Source: Eledone cirrhosa (Eukaryota). Taken from it: a stretch of DNA of 64,000 bases. Below, piece after piece: positions 29,701 to 38,700 of the stretch. The stretch spans positions 124,001-188,000 of the forward strand of contig CAXHJY010000082.1 in the NCBI GenBank assembly GCA_964016885.1, given 5' to 3'. Each line of letters opens with the position of its first letter. Within the stretch, counting starts at the first letter, position 1. Both the position numbers and the translations under genes were made by a program. The notes under the pieces are model-generated. The model was given only the letters and a program-made list of their open reading frames with translations. It searched no databases and had not been told where the DNA came from.

Positions 29701-32700
29701 ATGATGACTCTGACGATGATGACTCTGGTGATGATGACTATGGTGATGATGACTATGGTGATGATGACTCTGGTGATGATGACTCTGGTGATGATGACTC
29801 TGGTGATGATGACTCTGACGATGATGACTATGGTGATGATGACTCTGACGATGATGACTATGGTGATGATGACTCTGACGATGATGACTCTGGTGATGAT
29901 GACTATGGTGATGATGACTATGGTGATGATGACTATGGTGATGATGTCTATGGTGATGATGACTATGGTGATGATGACTATGGTGATGATGACTATGGTG
30001 ATGATGACTATGGTGATGATGACTATGGTGATGATGACTATGGTGATGATGACTATGGTGATGATGACTATGGTGATGATGACTATGGTGATGATGACTC
30101 TGACGATGATGACTATGGTGATGATGACTATGGTGATGATGACTATGGTGATGATGACTATGGTGATGATGACTCTGCTGATGATGACTATGGTGATGAT
30201 GACTCTGGTGATGATGACTATGGTGATGATGACTATGGTGATGAAGACTATGGTGATGATGACTCTGGTGATGATGACTCTGGTGATGATGACTATGGTG
30301 ATGATGACTCTGACGATGATGACTCTGGTGATGATGACTATGGTGATGATGACTATGCTGATGATGACTACGGTGATGATGACTCTGGCGATGATGACTA
30401 TGGTGATGATGACTCTGGTGATGATGACTCTGGTGATGATGACTATGGTGATGATGACTCTGGTGATGATGCCTCTGGTGATGATGACTCTGGTGATGAT
30501 GACTCTGACGATGATGACTATGGTGATGATGACTATGGTGATGATGACTATGGTGATGATGACTATTGTGATGATGACTCTGGTGATGATGACTCTGACG
30601 ATGATGACTATGGTGATGATGACTCTGACGATGATGACTATGGTGATGATGACTCTGACGATGATGACTCTGGTGATGATGACTATGGTGATGATGACTA
30701 TGGTGATGATGACTATGGTGATGATGATTCTGAAGATGATGACTATGGTGATGATGACTATGGTGATGATGACTATGGTGATGATGATTCTGACGATGAT
30801 GACTATGGTGATGATGACTATGGTGATGATGACTATGGTGATGATGACTCTGGTGATGATGACTATGGTGATGATGACTCTAGTGATGATGACTCTGGTG
30901 ATGATGACTATGGTGATGATGACTATGGTGATGATGACTATGGTGATGATGACTATGGTGATGATGACTATGGTGATGATGACTCTGACGATGATGACTA
31001 TGGTGATGATGACTATGGTGATGATGACTATGGTGATGATGACTATGGTGATGATGACTATGGTGATGATGACTCTGACGATGATTACTATGGTGATGAT
31101 GACTATGGTGATGATGACTATGGTGATGATGACTCTGGTGATGATGACTATGGTGATGATAACTATGGTGATGATGACTATGGTGATGATGACTCTGACG
31201 ATGATGACTATGGTGATGATGAATATGGTGATGATGACTCTGGTGATGATGACTCTGACGATGATGACTATGGTGATGATGACTATGGTTATGATGACTC
31301 TGACGATGATGACTATGGTGATGATGACTATGGTGATGATGACTATGGTGATGATGACTATGGTGATGATAACTATGGTGATGATGACTATGGGGATGAT
31401 GACTCTGACGATGATGACTATGGTGATGATGACTATGGTGATGATGACTATGGTGATGATGACTATTGTGATGATGACTCTGGTGATGATGACTATGGTT
31501 ATGATGACTATGGTGATGATGACTCTGACGATGATGACTATGGTGATGATGACTCTGGTGATGATGACTCTGACGATGATGACTATGGTGATGATGACTC
31601 TGACGATGATGACTATGGTGATGATGACTCTGACGATGATGACTCTGGTGATGATGACTATGGTGATGATGACTATGGTGATGATGACTATGGTGATGAT
31701 GTCTATGGTGATGATGACTATGGTGATGATGACTACGGTGATGATGACTATGGTGATGATGACTCTGGTGATGATGACTATGGTGATGATGACTATGGTG
31801 ATGATGACTATGGTGATGATGTCTATGGTGATGATGACTATGGTGATGATGACTATGGTGATGATGACTCTGGTGATGATGACTATGGTGATGATGACTC
31901 TGGTGATGATGACTATGGTGATGATGACTCTGGTGATGATGACTATGGGGATGATGACTATGGTGATGATGACTCTGGTGATGATGACTATGGGGATGAT
32001 GAGTATGGTGATGATGACTCTGGTGATGATGACTATGGTGATGATGACTCTGGTGATGATGACTATGGTGATGATGACTATGGTGATGATGACTCTGGTG
32101 ATGATGACTCTGGTGATGATGACTATGGTGATGATGACTATGGTTATGATGACTCTGGTGATGATGACTATGGTGATGATGACTCTGAGGATGATGACTA
32201 TGGTGATGATGACTATGGTGATGATGACTATGGTGATGATGACTATGGTGATGATGACTATGGTAATGATGACTCTGACGATGATGACTATGGTGATGAT
32301 GACTATGGTGATGATGACTATGGTGATGATGACTCTGGTGATGATGACTATGGTGATGATGACTATGGTGATGATGACTATGGTGATGATGACTATGGTG
32401 ATGATGACTCTGGTGATGATGACTATGGTGATGATGACTCTGGTGATGATGACTCTGGTGATGATGACTATGGTGATGAATGCTCTGACGATGATGACTC
32501 TGGTGATGATGACTATGGTGATGATGACTATGCTGATGATGACTATGGTGATGATGACTCTGGCGATGATGACTATGGTGATGATGACTCTGGTGATGAT
32601 GACTCTGGTGATGATGACTATGGTGATGATGACTCTGGTGATGATGACTCTAGTGATGATGACTCTGGTGATGATGACTCTGACGATGATGACTATGGTG

Positions 32701-35700
32701 ATGATGACTCTGACGATGATGACTATGGTGATGATGACTCTGACGATGATGACTCTGGTGATGATGACTATGGTGATGATGACTATGGTGATGATGACTA
32801 TGGTGATGATGATTCTGAAGATGATGACTATGGTGATGATGACTATGGTGATGATGACTATGGTGATGATGATTCTGACGATGATGACTATGGTGATGAT
32901 GACTATGGTGATGATGACTATGGTGATGATGACTCTAGTGATGATGACTCTGGTGATGATGACTATGGTGATGATGACTATGGTGATGATGACTATGGTG
33001 ATGATGACTATGGTGATGATGACTATGGTGATGATGACTCTGACGATGATGACTATGGTGATGATGACTATGGTGATGATGACTATGGTGATGATGACTA
33101 TGGTGATGATGACTATGGTGATGATGACTCTGACGATGATGACTATGGTGATGATGACTATGGTGATGATGACTATGGTGATGATGACTCTGGTGATGAT
33201 GACTATGGTGATGATAACTATGGTGATGATGACTATGGTGATGATGACTCTGACGATGATGACTATGGTGATGATGAATATGGTGATGATGACTCTGGTG
33301 ATGATGACTCTGACGATGATGACTATGGTGATGATGACTATGGTGATGATGACTCTGACGATGATGACTATGGTGATGATGACTATGGTGATGATGACTA
33401 TGGTGATGATGACTATGGTGATGATAACTATGGTGATGATGACTATGGGGATGATGACTCTGACGATGATGACTATGGTGATGATGACTATGGTGATGAT
33501 GACTATGGTGATGATGACTATTGTGATGATGACTCTGGTGATGATGACTATGGTTATGATGACTATGGTGATGATGACTCTGACGATGATGACTATGGTG
33601 ATGATGACTCTGGTGATGATGACTCTGACGATGATGACTATGGTGATGATGACTCTGACGATGATGACTATGGTGATGATGACTCTGACGATGATGACTC
33701 TGGTGATGATGACTATGGTGATGATGACTATGGTGATGATGACTATGGTGATGATGTCTATGGTGATGATGACTATGGTGATGATGACTACGGTGATGAT
33801 GACTATGGTGATGATGACTCTGGTGATGATGACTATGGTGATGATGACTATGGTGATGATGACTATGGTGATGATGTCTATGGTGATGATGACTATGGTG
33901 ATGATGACTATGGTGATGATGACTCTGGTGATGATGACTATGGTGATGATGACTATGGTGATGATGACTATGGTGATGATGACTATGGTGATGATGACTA
34001 TGGTGATGATGACTCTGCTGATGATGACTATGGTGATGATGACTCTGGTGATGATGACTATGGTGATGATGACTATGGTGATGATGACTATGGTGATGAT
34101 GACTCTGGTGATGATGACTCTGGTATTGATGACTATGGTGATGATGACTCTGACGATGATGACTCTGGTGATGATGACTATGGTGATGATGACTATGCTG
34201 ATGATGACTACGGTGATGATGACTCTGGCGATGATGACTATGGTGATGATGACTCTGGTGATGATGACGCTGGTGATGATGACTATGGTGATGATGACTC
34301 TGGTGATGATGCCTCTGGTGATGATGACTCTGGTGATGATGACTCTGACGATGATGACTATGGTGATGATGACTCTGACGATGATGACTATGGTGATGAT
34401 GACTCTGACGTTGATGACTCTGGTGATGATGACTATGGTGATGATGACTATGGTGATGATGACTATGGTGATGATGTCTATGGTGATGATGACTATGGTG
34501 ATGATGACTATTGTGATGATGACTATGGTGATGATGACTCTAGTGATGATGACTATGGTGATGATGACTATGGTGATGATGACTATGGTGATGATGACTA
34601 TGTTGATGATGACTATGGTGATGATGACTATGGTGATGATGACTATGGTGATGATGACTCTGGTGATAATGACTATGGTGATGATGACTATGGTGATGAT
34701 GACTCTGACGATGATGACTCTGGTGATGATGACTCTGGTGATGATGACTATGGTGATGATGACTCTGGTGATGATGACTATGGTGATGATGACTCTGGTG
34801 ATGATGACACTGGTGATGATGACTATGGTGATGATGACTATGGTGATGATGACTCTGGTGATGATGACTCTGACGATGATGACTATGGTGATGATGACTA
34901 TGGTGATGATGACTATCGTGATGATGACTATGGTGATGATGACTATGGTGATGATGACTATGGTGATGATGACTATGGTGATGATGACTCTGGTGATGAT
35001 GACTATGGTGATGATGACTCTGGTGATGATGACTATGGTGATGATGACTATGGTGATGATGACTATGGTGATGATGACTCTGACGATGATGACTCTGGTG
35101 ATGATGACTATGGTGATGATGACTCTGATGATGATGACTATGGTGATGATCACTATGGTGATGATGACTATGGTGATGATGACTCTGGTGATGATGACTA
35201 TGGTGATGATGACTCTGACGATGATGACTCTGGTGATGATGACTATGGTGATGATGACTATGGTGATGATGACTCTGGTGATGATGACTCTGGTGATGAT
35301 GACTCTGGTGATGATGACTCTGACGATGATGACTATGGTGATGATGACTCTGACGATGATGACTATGGTGATGATGACTCTGACGATGATGACTCTGGTG
35401 ATGATGACTATGGTGATGATGACTATGGTGATGATGACTATGGTGATGATGTCTATGGTGATGATGACTATGGTGATGATGACTATGGTGATGATGACTA
35501 TGGTGATGATGACTATGGTGATGATGACTATGGTGATGATGACTATGGTGATGATGACTATGGTGATGATGACTATGGTGATGATGACTATGGTGATGAT
35601 GACTCTGACGATGATGACTATGGTGATGATGACTATGGTGATGATGACTATGGTGATGATGACTATGGTGATGATGACTATGGTGATGATGACTCTGCTG

Positions 35701-38700
35701 ATGATGACTATGGTGATGATGACTCTGGTGATGATGACTATGGTGATGATGACTATGGTGATGAAGACTATGGTGATGATGACTCTGGTGATGATGACTC
35801 TGGTGATGATGACTATGGTGATGATGACTCTGACGATGATGACTCTGGTGATGATGACTATGGTGATGATGACTATGCTGATGATGACTACGGTGATGAT
35901 GACTCTGGCGATGATGACTATGGTGATGATGACTCTGGTGATGATGACTCTGGTGATGATGACTATGGTGATGATGACTCTGGTGATGATGCCTCTGGTG
36001 ATGATGACTCTGGTGATGATGACTCTGACGATGATGACTATGGTGATGATGACTATGGTGATGATGACTATGGTGATGATGACTATTGTGATGATGACTC
36101 TGGTGATGATGACTCTGACGATGATGACTATGGTGATGATGACTCTGACGATGATGACTATGGTGATGATGACTCTGACGATGATGACTCTGGTGATGAT
36201 GACTATGGTGATGATGACTATGGTGATGATGACTATGGTGATGATGATTCTGAAGATGATGACTATGGTGATGATGACTCTGACGATGATGACTATGGTG
36301 ATGATGACTCTGACGATGATGACTATGGTGATGATGACTCTGACGATGATGACTCTGGTGATGATGACTATGGTGATGATGACTATGGTGATGATGACTA
36401 TGGTGATGATGTCTATGGTGATGATGACTATGGTGATGATGACTATGGTGATGATGACTATGGTGATGATGACTATGGTGATGATGACTATGGTGATGAT
36501 GACTATGGTGATGATGACTATGGTGATGATGACTATGGTGATGATGACTCTGACGATGATGACTCTGGTGATGATGACTATGGTGATGATGACTATGGTG
36601 ATGATGACTCTGGTGATGATGACTCTGGTGATGATGACTCTGGTGATGATGACTCTGACGATGATGACTATGGTGATGATGACTCTGACGATGATGACTA
36701 TGGTGATGATGACTCTGACGATGATGACTCTGGTGATGATGACTATGGTGATGATGACTATGGTGATGATGACTATGGTGATGATGTCTATGGTGATGAT
36801 GACTATGGTGATGATGACTATGGTGATGATGACTATGGTGATGATGACTATGGTGATGATGACTATGGTGATGATGACTATGGTGATGATGACTATGGTG
36901 ATGATGACTATGGTGATGATGACTATGGTGATGATGACTCTGACGATGATGACTATGGTGATGATGACTATGGTGATGATGACTATGGTGATGATGACTA
37001 TGGTGATGATGACTCTGCTGATGATGACTATGGTGATGATGACTCTGGTGATGATGACTATGGTGATGATGACTATGGTGATGAAGACTATGGTGATGAT
37101 GACTCTGGTGATGATGACTCTGGTGATGATGACTATGGTGATGATGACTCTGACGATGATGACTCTGGTGATGATGACTATGGTGATGATGACTATGCTG
37201 ATGATGACTACGGTGATGATGACTCTGGCGATGATGACTATGGTGATGATGACTCTGGTGATGATGACTCTGGTGATGATGACTATGGTGATGATGACTC
37301 TGGTGATGATGCCTCTGGTGATGATGACTCTGGTGATGATGACTCTGACGATGATGACTATGGTGATGATGACTATGGTGATGATGACTATGGTGATGAT
37401 GACTATTGTGATGATGACTCTGGTGATGATGACTCTGACGATGATGACTATGGTGATGATGACTCTGACGATGATGACTATGGTGATGATGACTCTGACG
37501 ATGATGACTCTGGTGATGATGACTATGGTGATGATGACTATGGTGATGATGACTATGGTGATGATGATTCTGAAGATGATGACTATGGTGATGATGACTA
37601 TGGTGATGATGACTATGGTGATGATGATTCTGACGATGATGACTATGGTGATGATGACTATGGTGATGATGACTATGGTGATGATGACTCTGGTGATGAT
37701 GACTATGGTGATGATGACTCTAGTGATGATGACTATGGTGATGATGACTATGGTGATGATGACTATGGTGATGATGACTATGGTGATGATGACTATGGTG
37801 ATGATGACTCTGACGATGATGACTATGGTGATGATGACTATGGTGATGATGACTATGGTGATGATGACTCTGGTGATGATGACTATGGTGATGATAACTA
37901 TGGTGATGATGACTATGGTGATGATGACTCTGACGATGATGACTATGGTGATGATGAATATGGTGATGATGACTCTGGTGATGATGACTCTGACGATGAT
38001 GACTATGGTGATGATGACTATGGTGATGATGACTCTGACGATGATGACTATGGTGATGATGACTATGGTGATGATGACTATGGTGATGATGACTATGGTG
38101 ATGATAACTATGGTGATGATGACTATGGGGATGATGACTCTGACGATGATGACTATGGTGATGATGACTATGGTGATGATGACTATGGTGATGATGACTA
38201 TTGTGATGATGACTCTGGTGATGATGACTATGGTTATGATGACTATGGTGATGATGACTCTGACGATGATGACTATGGTGATGATGACTCTGGTGATGAT
38301 GACTCTGACGATGATGACTATGGTGATGATGACTCTGACGATGATGACTATGGTGATGATGACTCTGACGATGATGACTCTGGTGATGATGACTATGGTG
38401 ATGATGACTATGGTGATGATGACTATGGTGATGATGTCTATGTTGATGATGACTATGGTGATGATGACTACGGTGATGATGACTATGGTGATGATGACTC
38501 TGGTGATGATGACTATGGTGATGATGACTATGGTGATGATGACTATGGTGATGATGTCTATGGTGATGATGACTATGGTGATGATGACTATGGTGATGAT
38601 GACTCTGGTGATGATGACTATGGTGATGATGACTATGGTGATGATGACTCTGACGATGATGACTATGGTGATGATGACTATGGTGATGATGACTATGGTG

